A stretch of 64,000 bases of DNA. It comes from Candidatus Poribacteria bacterium. GTDB taxonomy: Bacteria; Poribacteria; WGA-4E; WGA-3G. The notes under the pieces were generated by a model. It had not been told where the DNA came from, ran no database searches, and saw only the letters and a list, made by a program, of their open reading frames with translations. Both the position numbers and the translations under genes were made by a program. The stretch spans positions 1,600,001 to 1,664,000 of the forward strand of contig CAXXUA010000005.1 of assembly GCA_963663765.2 (NCBI GenBank). The letters are read 5' to 3'. Positions 20,087 to 29,789 of the stretch are shown here, piece after piece; position 1 is the first letter of the stretch, and each line of letters begins with the position of its first letter.

Positions 20087-22030
20087 CTACGGCCAAAAGT
20101 TATACATCGGTTGTTGCGTCACAACACTGATGAGACTCCATATCCCACCCATAGTGAAATCCCCTAACATTAAACCAACAGCGAACTTCACCAGTTGCTG
20201 AGATGCGCGTGGTCCACCGATCTTTAAAACTGACCATTTCACAACCGAACTGACCAACATACAACTCCACAAATACCGCATCCCCCAATCACTGGAGACA
20301 ATAAATCCAATCGGATGGAAGGGCCACCAGAAGAAACGTGCCCGCATAAACATCAGAAGTGTTGAAAAAAGTAACCCGAATACAATACCACCAGTCGCAT
20401 AGAAATTCGGTTCGGTAGGATAGTAGAGCCATCGTTGAAGTCCGCTGAATACACGTTCTCCGAAACCTATGTTCCAACTGCTGCTGCCACTCATGTTCAA
20501 GGCACCGTAGTTGTAGTTGAGATACAGAATCACACCGAAGACCATAATAGACGCAAATGCTGAAATACCAAGCAGCGCGAAGAATAACCGCCTGGGTGCA
20601 ATAGCAGAACGTTCTGATAACTTGAAACCTTCTAACTGATGTGGCATCGGATTGCTTGTATAACTCCGATTGAACCAACGGAAAAGTGATAATGCAACAA
20701 GGTTATTTGTGCCTAACGTTCGAGTGCCAAGACTGTCAATGAGGATGTGATGATTCGGCATGTTTTCCATTGCATGCACAGGAAACCCTTGCTCCGCCCG
20801 CATCCGCGTTAACACTAACACGATGATGAAATAGATAGCAAAGAACAAAGGTATTAACCATAACGACATACCGATACGTTGAGAAAAAATGAAGAGTATT
20901 GCAAGTCCACCAACGATACCCCACAACGCATATCTATACGGAATTGGTTCGTCAGCATCTTCACCAGTGCGGTTGCGCGCAATGCGAAATACACCTCGAA
21001 AATGACGCAGATTCAACACCAGCACTGATATGAAAATACCTATGGCAGCACCAAAACACTGTCTATCAATGTATGGAAAACCGGGTAAACTGGAAAGTCC
21101 TACTGCACTTGTCATCACCAATTGTGCTTTATAGAAAAGAAAGAAAAACCAACTGGAGAAGGAAAGATCAAGCGGCATTAACAGTCCCAGCCCAATAACG
21201 AATGGGTAGTAGGACATACTGATGCCACCGATGGCATTCCAAGGTTTATCTGTAAACAGATGTCCAAAGCCTTGCCATCCTCCAATACGTTTTATCGGCA
21301 GCGAAGGAATTGTTGGATACAGGAAACTAAATCCATTCAGGATTGCGATGAAGGCTGCAATCCCAAAGCCGATCCATGTGATGCGGTGCGAGAACAACGA
21401 TTTTGTGTTGTGTGTGACCTGAAACGCAATTTGAGTAATTGGATATGCAAGTCGTTCCCGTTCTACCCACTGTTTCCGCAAGATAACGTTAATACATAGC
21501 ATTACAAGGATAAGTGCTGTGACGAACAACGTCCATGACAGTATCGGCACAATCCATGCACCGATTATTTCCATTGTTGTGAGATTGGTTTCGCCGGTGT
21601 AGTATCCAGCAAGTGCTTTTGGGTCATCCACAAGCAACCATTTCGGTAGGTAATCCCAAAAGAGTTGCCTCCATTCGTTCTCAGGGGTAGCGAACCAAAA
21701 TGAATGTCCGACAGTCGTGACGAGGATCGTCATCAAAGTGATGGAGGGAAAAGCACAAGCCGTGCTCAGCAGAATATAGATTGTGAGGAGTTCCGCATCG
21801 GAGAGTAGACTAATGCGACTGATTTTTCTGAAGGCAAGGTTAATCAGCGTGAAAGCAAAAACAACGAAGACGACATTGTAAAACGGGACAGCGTAAGTAT
21901 TAAGTGCATAACCAACAAGTCCAACTTCACCAGCGATAATCCAATAGAAATTGAACGGAATCAGCGCAAACGTTATAGCAATAACTTTCCATGTGACTCC
22001 ATGTAATTTCAGACGTTCATCTTCTTTCAT
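20087..22030 (-). CDS. Polytopic membrane protein (DUF6785/DUF6784-like, putative transporter)
   Basis: Many TM segments; LRKQW.E.ERL.YP and FWWPFHPIG motifs. Confidence 0.6.
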   Translation of the reverse strand: MKEDERLKLHGVTWKVIAITFALIPFNFYWIIAGEVGLVGYALNTYAVPFYNVVFVVFAFTLINLAFRKISRISLLSDAELLTIYILLSTACAFPSITLMTILVTTVGHSFWFATPENEWRQLFWDYLPKWLLVDDPKALAGYYTGETNLTTMEIIGAWIVPILSWTLFVTALILVMLCINVILRKQWVERERLAYPITQIAFQVTHNTKSLFSHRITWIGFGIAAFIAILNGFSFLYPTIPSLPIKRIGGWQGFGHLFTDKPWNAIGGISMSYYPFVIGLGLLMPLDLSFSSWFFFLFYKAQLVMTSAVGLSSLPGFPYIDRQCFGAAIGIFISVLVLNLRHFRGVFRIARNRTGEDADEPIPYRYALWGIVGGLAILFIFSQRIGMSLWLIPLFFAIYFIIVLVLTRMRAEQGFPVHAMENMPNHHILIDSLGTRTLGTNNLVALSLFRWFNRSYTSNPMPHQLEGFKLSERSAIAPRRLFFALLGISAFASIMVFGVILYLNYNYGALNMSGSSSWNIGFGERVFSGLQRWLYYPTEPNFYATGGIVFGLLFSTLLMFMRARFFWWPFHPIGFIVSSDWGMRYLWSCMLVSSVVKWSVLKIGGPRASQQLVKFAVGLMLGDFTMGGIWSLISVVTQQPMYNFWP

Positions 22031-22036
22031 CTGCCT

Positions 22037-22972
22037 TTAGGTATCGCTCAAAAATATAGTGAAAGCGTCAAGTTCTTTGGAAACATCTTCAAAAAGTTGG
22101 CATATTTCTTTTGCGTGCTGCTCTACTTTTTCGTAAATCAGTTCATCGCCATAGATATTGATTACTTTATACCGAAACCTTAATAAATCTGTCAGTCTAA
22201 GAAAAACGTCATTAGATATTATAGGTGGCCTTCCTGTCCGAGATTCAGCCATTTGTGTGAGTAAATCACTATGCCATCTATCTCCGCTTGGAATTTGTTT
22301 ATCTACCTCATTAGCAATTCGTTCAAATATCTTTTCAAAGCCAATGTAAATTTCAGCTAGGTCGTAGGCAATAGTCTTTTCAATATATTTTCTATGATTA
22401 TCAGCGACGATATTTATATCGTGTAATGCACTCGTAATACCTCGGACTGTTCTTTCAATTTTTGTGCGTTCATCAAAAAGACGTTGAACAAGTTTTTCCC
22501 GATTCACTACGTAATTTTCTCCTATTTCTGTGCTTGTTGAAGTGCTTTTTTTCCCAATTATATTATGAATTTCTGTTTCATTCAAATCAATTGGGATCGC
22601 TTCGTCTAAAATCCGCTGACGAAATAACCTGTTTATTGATTCAGAATCAATAATGTCAATCTTAAATTCAGTTGATAGATCTTCAGTTCCCCAAAGTGCA
22701 TCAAGGCATTTATCATAAGTGGTTCCCCAGACTACTATATCAATATCAGAGTTTTCGGTGAAACATTCTGGTGTAGTAAGAGAACCGAAAACACCAACTT
22801 TCGTTGCGCCATAGTCTTGATATAGGACAGCAGCCAAGTGATGTGCAACTTTCCATGCACGTTGTATCAATTTTCCATCTACTTGATGGCTTTCCCACTG
22901 ACGTCTAAGGTTTTCTCTGCACTTTGCAAGTTCAGCTGGAGTCATACCATGTATTGTAGTTGTTTTTTCCAT
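22037..22972 (-). CDS. Fused MNT + HepT-like HEPN protein (third, divergent paralog)
   Basis: FGS-x11-DID; RWHSDLL; FRYKVINIYG. Confidence 0.8.
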   Translation of the reverse strand: MEKTTTIHGMTPAELAKCRENLRRQWESHQVDGKLIQRAWKVAHHLAAVLYQDYGATKVGVFGSLTTPECFTENSDIDIVVWGTTYDKCLDALWGTEDLSTEFKIDIIDSESINRLFRQRILDEAIPIDLNETEIHNIIGKKSTSTSTEIGENYVVNREKLVQRLFDERTKIERTVRGITSALHDINIVADNHRKYIEKTIAYDLAEIYIGFEKIFERIANEVDKQIPSGDRWHSDLLTQMAESRTGRPPIISNDVFLRLTDLLRFRYKVINIYGDELIYEKVEQHAKEICQLFEDVSKELDAFTIFLSDT

Positions 22973-23029
22973 TTTGAAACCCCATAGTATCTGATCTAAT
23001 CCCCTAAGGTTTACTCTAATTTTATTGCA

Positions 23030-24013
23030 CTAAGGTTGAATTCCTCCAGCATAGACATCATTCAAAGCATCTTCGGGAAGCGGTTCAGGACTATTCTTTG
23101 CAAAATCCAACGCTTCATCAAGTTCGTTTGCGAGATCCGTTTCAACTGCGTCAAGTTCTTCCTGCGTTACATCTTCCTCACCAATGAGCACTTGTACAAG
23201 CCTTCGTATAGGGTCACGTTGTCGTTCCTGTTCTTGCACCTCTTCTCTGTCGCGGTATGATGTGCCAGGATCTCCAATGTGGTGTCCGCGGAACCTGTAC
23301 GTATCACAATTTAGAAGCGTAGGTCCACCCCCTTCACGTGCGCGGGAGACTGCTTCGTCTGCAGCAGCATAGACCTTCAAGACATCGTTTCCATCAACAG
23401 TGACACCCGGTATATCATAAGAAGGAGCACGGACAGCAATATCCTCTACTCGCTGATGTTCATGTTGCGGCGTTCCCATACCGAATCGGTTGTTTTCGCA
23501 CACAAAAACGACAGGTAATTCCCACACAGCAGCAAGGTTTAGTGTTTCATGGAAAACACCTTGATTTGTCGCACCATCCCCAAAAAAGGAGACCGATATC
23601 TGCTGAGTACCTCGGTACTTCGCTGAGAGTGCAGCCCCAGCTGCAAGTGGTATCCCCGCACCAACAACACCGTTAGCACCGAGAATGCCTGTCTCTTTAT
23701 CAGCAATATGCATTGAACCACCTTTACCTTTGCAGTACCCTGTGGTCCTGGCAAACAGTTCTGCCATCATGCGGTCCCTTTTTCCACCTTTTGCAATAAG
23801 ATGTCCGTGACCACGATGTGTGCTTGTAATGTAATCATCATCCTCCAAGTGCGTGCAAACACCCACAGCTGTCGCTTCTTCTCCAATATATAGATGTAAG
23901 AATCCGGGAAGTTGACCGCTTTGGTATAACTTTCCTGCAGCTTCTTCAAATTGACGTATCTCTACCATCTTGCGATACATAAAGAGCATCTGTTCTTTGT
24001 TAGGTTTTGACAT
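23030..24013 (-). CDS. TPP-dependent pyruvate/acetoin dehydrogenase E1 alpha subunit
   Basis: GFLHLYIGEEA, THRGHGH, GDGA..N TPP motif and TYRFRGH. Confidence 0.9.
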   Translation of the reverse strand: MSKPNKEQMLFMYRKMVEIRQFEEAAGKLYQSGQLPGFLHLYIGEEATAVGVCTHLEDDDYITSTHRGHGHLIAKGGKRDRMMAELFARTTGYCKGKGGSMHIADKETGILGANGVVGAGIPLAAGAALSAKYRGTQQISVSFFGDGATNQGVFHETLNLAAVWELPVVFVCENNRFGMGTPQHEHQRVEDIAVRAPSYDIPGVTVDGNDVLKVYAAADEAVSRAREGGGPTLLNCDTYRFRGHHIGDPGTSYRDREEVQEQERQRDPIRRLVQVLIGEEDVTQEELDAVETDLANELDEALDFAKNSPEPLPEDALNDVYAGGIQP

Positions 24014-24057
24014 TATACTTTCCTAAAATCCTTATGTAGATTGAAGTCTTTTCAGGC

Positions 24058-24798
24058 TTATTCACTATCAAACAATCCTTTTATATACTGTACTTCATTT
24101 TCTTTTTTAGCATCTGACTCAGGTACGATACATTCTGGTGAGTCGTTTGCAGGACGGTTAACAAAACGTGAAACCGGGTATACATCCATTTCATCACTGG
24201 TGTATGGTGTCAGAAGTGGCTGCAGTTTTTCTGATGACTGTTCATCAGGATCAAGCCACTGAGTATGGACATCTTTGGGAAGAATCACTGGCATTCTGTG
24301 GTGAATCTCCTCCAAAAAATGGTTTGCAGGACACGTGATTATAGTGCAGGATCGAAGTGGGTTTTCCATCCAGTTTGCTTTCCATTCCTCCCACAACCCC
24401 GCGAAAGCAAACGGTTCTTGCGATTTGAGGTGGATATATATAGGTTGTTTTGTCTTTTCTTCCGGTATCACTTGCCATTCATACCATCCATCCGCTAAAA
24501 CGAGACAACGTCTTCGTTTGTATGCCGATCGAAAGGAAGGTTTCTCCGACAATGTTTCTGAACGAGCATTTATCATTCTGTTCCCGATTTTCGCGTCTTT
24601 TGCCCATGATGGAATGAGTCCCCACTGGAATAAATCCATGTTTTTGGTATCCTCATTTTCTTTTGTATTTGCAATTACTGCAACATCCTGTGACGGGGCA
24701 ATATTATAACGCGGGGTCAAATCCATACGTATTTGTAAGTTACTAAATGCATCAGTTAGTCTTTCTGGATCGCTTGCGAGTGTAAATCTTCCACACAT
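24058..24798 (-). CDS. SRAP (SOS response-associated peptidase, YedK/HMCES) family
   Basis: N-terminal MCGRF, INARSE and HHRMPVIL motifs. Confidence 0.92.
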   Translation of the reverse strand: MCGRFTLASDPERLTDAFSNLQIRMDLTPRYNIAPSQDVAVIANTKENEDTKNMDLFQWGLIPSWAKDAKIGNRMINARSETLSEKPSFRSAYKRRRCLVLADGWYEWQVIPEEKTKQPIYIHLKSQEPFAFAGLWEEWKANWMENPLRSCTIITCPANHFLEEIHHRMPVILPKDVHTQWLDPDEQSSEKLQPLLTPYTSDEMDVYPVSRFVNRPANDSPECIVPESDAKKENEVQYIKGLFDSE

Positions 24799-24910
24799 AT
24801 TTATCTCCTTTCTATGACAAAAAGATTGGAAGTACTACCGTATTTTTATCAAGGAATCAAATCGTTCGGAGACCTATCTCTACTTATGAAAATGTTATCT
24901 TCATAGTACA

Positions 24911-25032
24911 CAGGACTTACGCAGTTTTCTTGATTTAATCCTGAAATATGATGAAAATGATGCAATTATCAGCGTTTTTATGGGTTTCCAGCGCGCTAAC
25001 AAAGCGCGCCTACCGTTTTTGCGTAAGTCTTG
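24911..25032. mobile_element. MITE-E with uninterrupted REP half
   Basis: CAGGACTTACGCA...TGCGTAAGTCTTG. Confidence 0.8.
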
Positions 25033-25058
25033 TTACATTTGTAATCAACCTATTAAAC

Positions 25059-25889
25059 CTATTTCGGCTGTGGTACCAGAATGTCGTCTCTCCATCTTAG
25101 ACGGAAAGATGGACGGACAAGTGCTTCTGGAGACTGAAGTGTCAACCCCCCATCTGCTGTTAAGACGATACCTGTAACAAAATCAGCTTCATCAGATGCT
25201 AAGAATAGCGCAACGTTAGCGATGTCTTCGGGTTTTCCATAACGTCCTATTGGGTAACAATCACGCGAGGCTTGATCCTCTAACGCATCTGCTGCAAGTG
25301 ATGCTTCCCCTCGTTCACCGACAATCTGTCCAGGAGCAATTGCATTCGCACGGATCCCTTCTCTACCGTAATCAAGTGCTATGCTACGCGTTAACGCATT
25401 TAACCCACCTTTTCCAGCACCGTATAATCCAAATCCAGGGTTTGTGATCGTTGCATTGACAGTAGAAATAAAAACTAAAGTACCACCACCATTCTTTACC
25501 ATTTCTGGGATACAATACTTAGCACCCAGCCAAGGACCGCCCAGTGTTACACCCAGACTCTCATTCCACTCCTCGGGTGTGAATTCAATTGCTTTCTTCG
25601 TATAGGAATGCGCGGCGTTATGTACCAGTGTCGTTATCTTACCATATTCCGATAATGCAGTTTCAACGAGTGTTCGCCAAGTCTTTTCTTCAGCGACATC
25701 ACCCATCACCGCGACCGCTTTACCACCAACTTCTTTTATACGGTCAACGGTTTCGGCAAGTTTGTTTTCACGGCGGCGCGTATTGACTACTACTTTTGCA
25801 CCTTCACATGCAAACTTGTACGCTGTCGACGCACCTATCCCACCCCATGCTGCACCCGCGATAATCGCAACTTTACCTTCTAATCTCAT
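25059..25889 (-). CDS. Short-chain dehydrogenase/reductase
   Basis: Glycine-rich GAAWGGIG, NAA, YxxxK (YGAGK) and RANAIAPG motifs. Confidence 0.9.
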   Translation of the reverse strand: MRLEGKVAIIAGAAWGGIGASTAYKFACEGAKVVVNTRRRENKLAETVDRIKEVGGKAVAVMGDVAEEKTWRTLVETALSEYGKITTLVHNAAHSYTKKAIEFTPEEWNESLGVTLGGPWLGAKYCIPEMVKNGGGTLVFISTVNATITNPGFGLYGAGKGGLNALTRSIALDYGREGIRANAIAPGQIVGERGEASLAADALEDQASRDCYPIGRYGKPEDIANVALFLASDEADFVTGIVLTADGGLTLQSPEALVRPSFRLRWRDDILVPQPK

Positions 25890-25999
25890 ATTATATCCTT
25901 TCTACCACTTATTTTTCGCATCTTAACTAACGCAAACGTTGTTTCAAAGATAATATATTATGGTTCATTTTGCATACTAATAAACACTAAGCCCGAGTA

Positions 26000-27274
26000 T
26001 TATACCTTTTTCAATTCAGATAAAGCAATAAGTTGAAAAGCTTTAGTAAAGTCTTCAATAGAATCCAAATCTCTCCCAAGTTCATTGTAAGCCAACGAGC
26101 GACCTATATAGGCATGTGAGCAATCTTCTTTCATCCGAATTGCTGTGTTGAAATCCGTTATGGCATCTTCATATAACTCAAGATTACATTTCAGCATACC
26201 CCTATTGAAATATGCATCAACAAAATCAGGTTTCAAGTCAATTGCTTCGTTAAAGTCATCAAAAGCATCGTCCCATAACTCAAGATTTACCTTAGTTAAA
26301 CCACGCTGATTGTATGCTTCCGCATTATTTGGCTGCTGCCGAATTACCTTATCTAAATCTGTGATGGCATCTTCAAAATTAGATAAATGCATATTTGCAA
26401 TGCCTCGTTCGTAGTAGGCATCTATGTTCTCAGGGTTCTTCTGGATTTCTTTATCAAATTTCTTTAATGCCCTCTTATATTTTTCAATTTCCTTTTCGTC
26501 ATCAGCAAAAATATTTTCGTCATCACCAAACATATTATTGATATTATCTGGCATAAATGGAATGACGATATTTTGATCATCTTCCGAATTGCTATCAGGA
26601 TCCGAATACATTATCAGTCCCGGAAAGTCAGAAAAATCGTCATCATCTTCATCCAAGTATTTAGAATCGGGATTTAGGTTATAGAGATTATCATACGCAG
26701 CTAAATTATCTGGATCTAAACTTAATGCCTTTTCATAGTCAGCGATTGCATCATCAATTTCATCATTTTCCTCATTTAGACATCCTCTATAGAAATATCC
26801 ATCCGCATTTTCAGGTCGCAGCCGTAATGCTTCGTTATATGCTTCAAGTGCCTCTTCAAAAAGACCTAAATCGTTTTTAATTATCCCACGGATGATGTAT
26901 GCCTCATCATAATCTGACTTAATACTGAGTGCAGTATCACAGTCTGCAAGTCCCTCTTCCTCCTCACCTATCATACCGCGAACTTCTCCACGCTTCGCAT
27001 AAGCCTGATAGTATTTTGGATTATGTTTGATTGCGTCATTAATATCTGCAATAGCATCTTCGTATTCAACTAATTCAAACTTTGATATCCCACGATGATA
27101 GTATGCTTCCGCAAAGTTAGGTTTGAGTTTAATTGCTTTATTAAAATCCGTTATTGCCTTTGCATGTTCATACTGTCCCACTTTTGTAAGTGCTTGTTTG
27201 TAGTAATATTGTGGACTTCTGGTTTTTTTGGGGTTCGCACGGCTCTTTCGCTTGTTAGTAATTTTCTTAGCCAT
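26000..27274 (-). CDS. Tetratricopeptide repeat protein with acidic central linker
   Basis: Repeated AYxxRG...AIxDxxxAI TPR units in two blocks. Confidence 0.9.
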   Translation of the reverse strand: MAKKITNKRKSRANPKKTRSPQYYYKQALTKVGQYEHAKAITDFNKAIKLKPNFAEAYYHRGISKFELVEYEDAIADINDAIKHNPKYYQAYAKRGEVRGMIGEEEEGLADCDTALSIKSDYDEAYIIRGIIKNDLGLFEEALEAYNEALRLRPENADGYFYRGCLNEENDEIDDAIADYEKALSLDPDNLAAYDNLYNLNPDSKYLDEDDDDFSDFPGLIMYSDPDSNSEDDQNIVIPFMPDNINNMFGDDENIFADDEKEIEKYKRALKKFDKEIQKNPENIDAYYERGIANMHLSNFEDAITDLDKVIRQQPNNAEAYNQRGLTKVNLELWDDAFDDFNEAIDLKPDFVDAYFNRGMLKCNLELYEDAITDFNTAIRMKEDCSHAYIGRSLAYNELGRDLDSIEDFTKAFQLIALSELKKV

Positions 27275-27343
27275 AAAAACTTGCTCCTTACTTACATTTT
27301 ACAAGTCTTAAAACTGAAATAACCAAAACTATAATAACTATCA

Positions 27344-27931
27344 CAAGGTTATTCAGTTTTCAATATATTTGATAATATTTTGCTATGTCGTTAATTTTAT
27401 GTGATACCATCTTGTCCATGTCTTTAGTGGTTCTTTCGGCAATTAATTTTAGCATAAAATAAAATTCCAATGCTGAAGAACCCAGTAGTCATCTGTTTAA
27501 GTAGTAGATCGTCAATGGAAACATATAATAAATACTTAGCAAGAAAACATATAGTCCCGTAGGGACGATATGTTTATAGAAAATGTTTTCCGCTCCAATT
27601 GAGTTCCGTAGGAACGACATAGAAAAAGAAACATCTCGTCCCTAATGAAGATTAAAAATAAATGAGGTAATTCTATCCAACCGAACCTTGTAGGCGGGGA
27701 ATGCCTAAATCGCATTCATACCCGGGGAATGCCATTTAGGCATTCCCCACCTACCGTGTGAGAAATATTTATTACCGAATTAATAAATTAATCTTCATAC
27801 GGGACTAAAGATCGATGTTCATGTTTCAATAATCTAAAATTGATGCATAAAGTTCGGTTAGGAAAATGAACCTGTGTATTAACTTTCAATACATCTCAAT
27901 ATCAGAAAATTCTTAAAACTGAATCACCCTG
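27344..27931. mobile_element. MITE-A (GGTTATTCAGTTTT ends) containing a REP cluster, MITE-B and K
   Basis: CAAGGTTATTCAGTTTT...AAAACTGAATCACCCTG; AACTATAATAAC near both flanks. Confidence 0.7.
27645..27798. mobile_element. MITE-B inserted at the TA of a GTCCCTACGGGAC REP; contains K copies at 27697-27747
   Basis: CGTCCCTA-ATGAAGATTA...TAATCTTCAT-ACGGGACT. Confidence 0.75.
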
Positions 27932-28022
27932 TAACTATAATAACATATTTTTCAATTTTATGCTATAATGTTAATACTGACAAGATGTAATAAGATATTG
28001 CTATTCGCCAATAAACCCAGAT

Positions 28023-29729
28023 ATGAATTTTGATAAAAACCAAGAAAAAGCGGTCAACCACCTCAACGGACCAGCAATCGTTGTTGCGGGACCCGGTAGT
28101 GGAAAAACCGCTGTCGTAACAGAACGCATTCTTTCCTTAATCAAAAAGCACAAAGTCCCCCCTGAAAATATACTTGCCATTGCATTCAATAGAAAAGCAG
28201 TTGAAGAAATGGAAAACCGCATTTTGGGTCAACTATCATCACAAGGCAAACTTCCAGTTATTCGCACACTACATGCATTTGGTAAAGATATAATAACTGA
28301 AAACTATAAATCTTTCGGATTCCAACACAATCCAGCAATCTGGTCAGGTGAATTGGATCGAATAATTCTCCAAGAAAAAAAGCAGATTGAACAAGCAGCT
28401 TCAAGCACAGATGTTGCTATCTATAAAATTGAAAACATACAGACAGGAAAATGTTACATCGGACAAACTACAAATCCTGAACGACGCAAGAACGAACATT
28501 TCACACACTCATCAAATGACCGTCTCCGACAGAACATCCGCTCTGAAGGAGAAACACAATTTTCTTTTGAAGTATTGGAACAGGTGAGTGGGAAAGATAC
28601 AAACATTCGAGAAGCACACTGGATTTGGCATTACAAAAACAGATCAGGTGTCTTTAACCGTGCCGACCCGATGCGTCAACAATTTAGCAACCAACTCATA
28701 ATTGAAGTCTTCTGTAAGCATTTTGACATTCAATACACTGAGCATCTTGATAGAGACCCAGATTTTGAAAACCTACGAGACCGTTTTAATGAAATAAAAG
28801 ATAATGTGTTTCGTGCAAAGAGACAGGTAAAATCTGGCATTTTCGATCCAAGGACATTAGCAAATCCAGTTGCTCGCGAATTCGCAAAAAGATATGAAAC
28901 CCTTAAATCAGCTGCCAATGCACTTGATTTTGAGGATATGATTATCTATGCAGCACACTTATTGGAAACCCAACCTGATGTCCGCAAAAAATATCAGAAG
29001 CAATATCCATATCTACTCGTAGATGAATTTCAGGATATTGCCCCCGTTGATTTCAGGTTGATCCACCAGTTAACTGACAATCTTTTTGCAGTAGGTGACG
29101 ATGACCAAGCGATATATAGTTTTCGCGGAGGAAATTCCCAAATAATGATACAGTTTTCTCATAGAGAAGATGTGAAAAAATATGAGATTTCACGAAACTA
29201 CCGTTCTACTTCAACAATTGTAGAACATGCAAGAGGCTTAATTGAACGGAATAATCCCCGAATACGCAAAAACCTGCGCGCCTATAATCCGTTGAGATGT
29301 ACAATCATCCATGTTGAAACGTCTCCAGAGACTATTGAACAAGAACTATTAGTACATTTGTCCGAACCTGTTGAAACCGCGATCCTTGCCAGAACAAACT
29401 ATGAAGTTGATCGTATTGCGGAGATACTGTCAAGTCAAACTTTCTCATACCACATTGAGATAACCACAATACACAAAGCGAAGGGTCGAGAATGGGATAA
29501 AGTCATACTTGTTCACAATACACTTGAGCGAAGGTTTCCCCGCAAAGACACTATACTTGTAGAAGAAAGACGCGTCTTTTATGTCGCCATGACGCGGGCA
29601 AAAAAACAGTTAATTGTCCTTGGTGGTGTATGTCAATTCGTCCCAGAATTTGTAAAGATACCAAAGAATATAGGCTACTATTTTCGCCAGTTTGTTTATT
29701 GGTGTGCTAGAAGAAAAATGAAAACATAG
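28023..29729 (+). CDS. UvrD/Rep-like SF1 helicase with inserted GIY-YIG endonuclease domain
   Basis: AGPGSGKT, VDEFQD, VGDDDQAIYSFRG, NYRS, TIHKAKGREWD, EERRVFYVAMTRA; insert AIY..CYIG..RR..H..E..N at aa ~130-212. Confidence 0.85.
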   Translation: MNFDKNQEKAVNHLNGPAIVVAGPGSGKTAVVTERILSLIKKHKVPPENILAIAFNRKAVEEMENRILGQLSSQGKLPVIRTLHAFGKDIITENYKSFGFQHNPAIWSGELDRIILQEKKQIEQAASSTDVAIYKIENIQTGKCYIGQTTNPERRKNEHFTHSSNDRLRQNIRSEGETQFSFEVLEQVSGKDTNIREAHWIWHYKNRSGVFNRADPMRQQFSNQLIIEVFCKHFDIQYTEHLDRDPDFENLRDRFNEIKDNVFRAKRQVKSGIFDPRTLANPVAREFAKRYETLKSAANALDFEDMIIYAAHLLETQPDVRKKYQKQYPYLLVDEFQDIAPVDFRLIHQLTDNLFAVGDDDQAIYSFRGGNSQIMIQFSHREDVKKYEISRNYRSTSTIVEHARGLIERNNPRIRKNLRAYNPLRCTIIHVETSPETIEQELLVHLSEPVETAILARTNYEVDRIAEILSSQTFSYHIEITTIHKAKGREWDKVILVHNTLERRFPRKDTILVEERRVFYVAMTRAKKQLIVLGGVCQFVPEFVKIPKNIGYYFRQFVYWCARRKMKT

Positions 29730-29789
29730 ATTACAAAATAAAGTTCATATTATAATAACAAGACACCATATCTGATATAATATTTCGCA

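Noticed and set aside
19812-20096. 94-aa ORF between the membrane protein and the MNT-HEPN gene
   Set aside because: No recognisable motif and it overlaps both neighbours; may be a remnant but cannot be supported.
28410-28660. Intein or group I intron in the helicase
   Set aside because: No N-terminal C/S and C-terminal HN-C/S/T splice motifs are visible, the frame is continuous, and the insert is only about nuclease-domain size.
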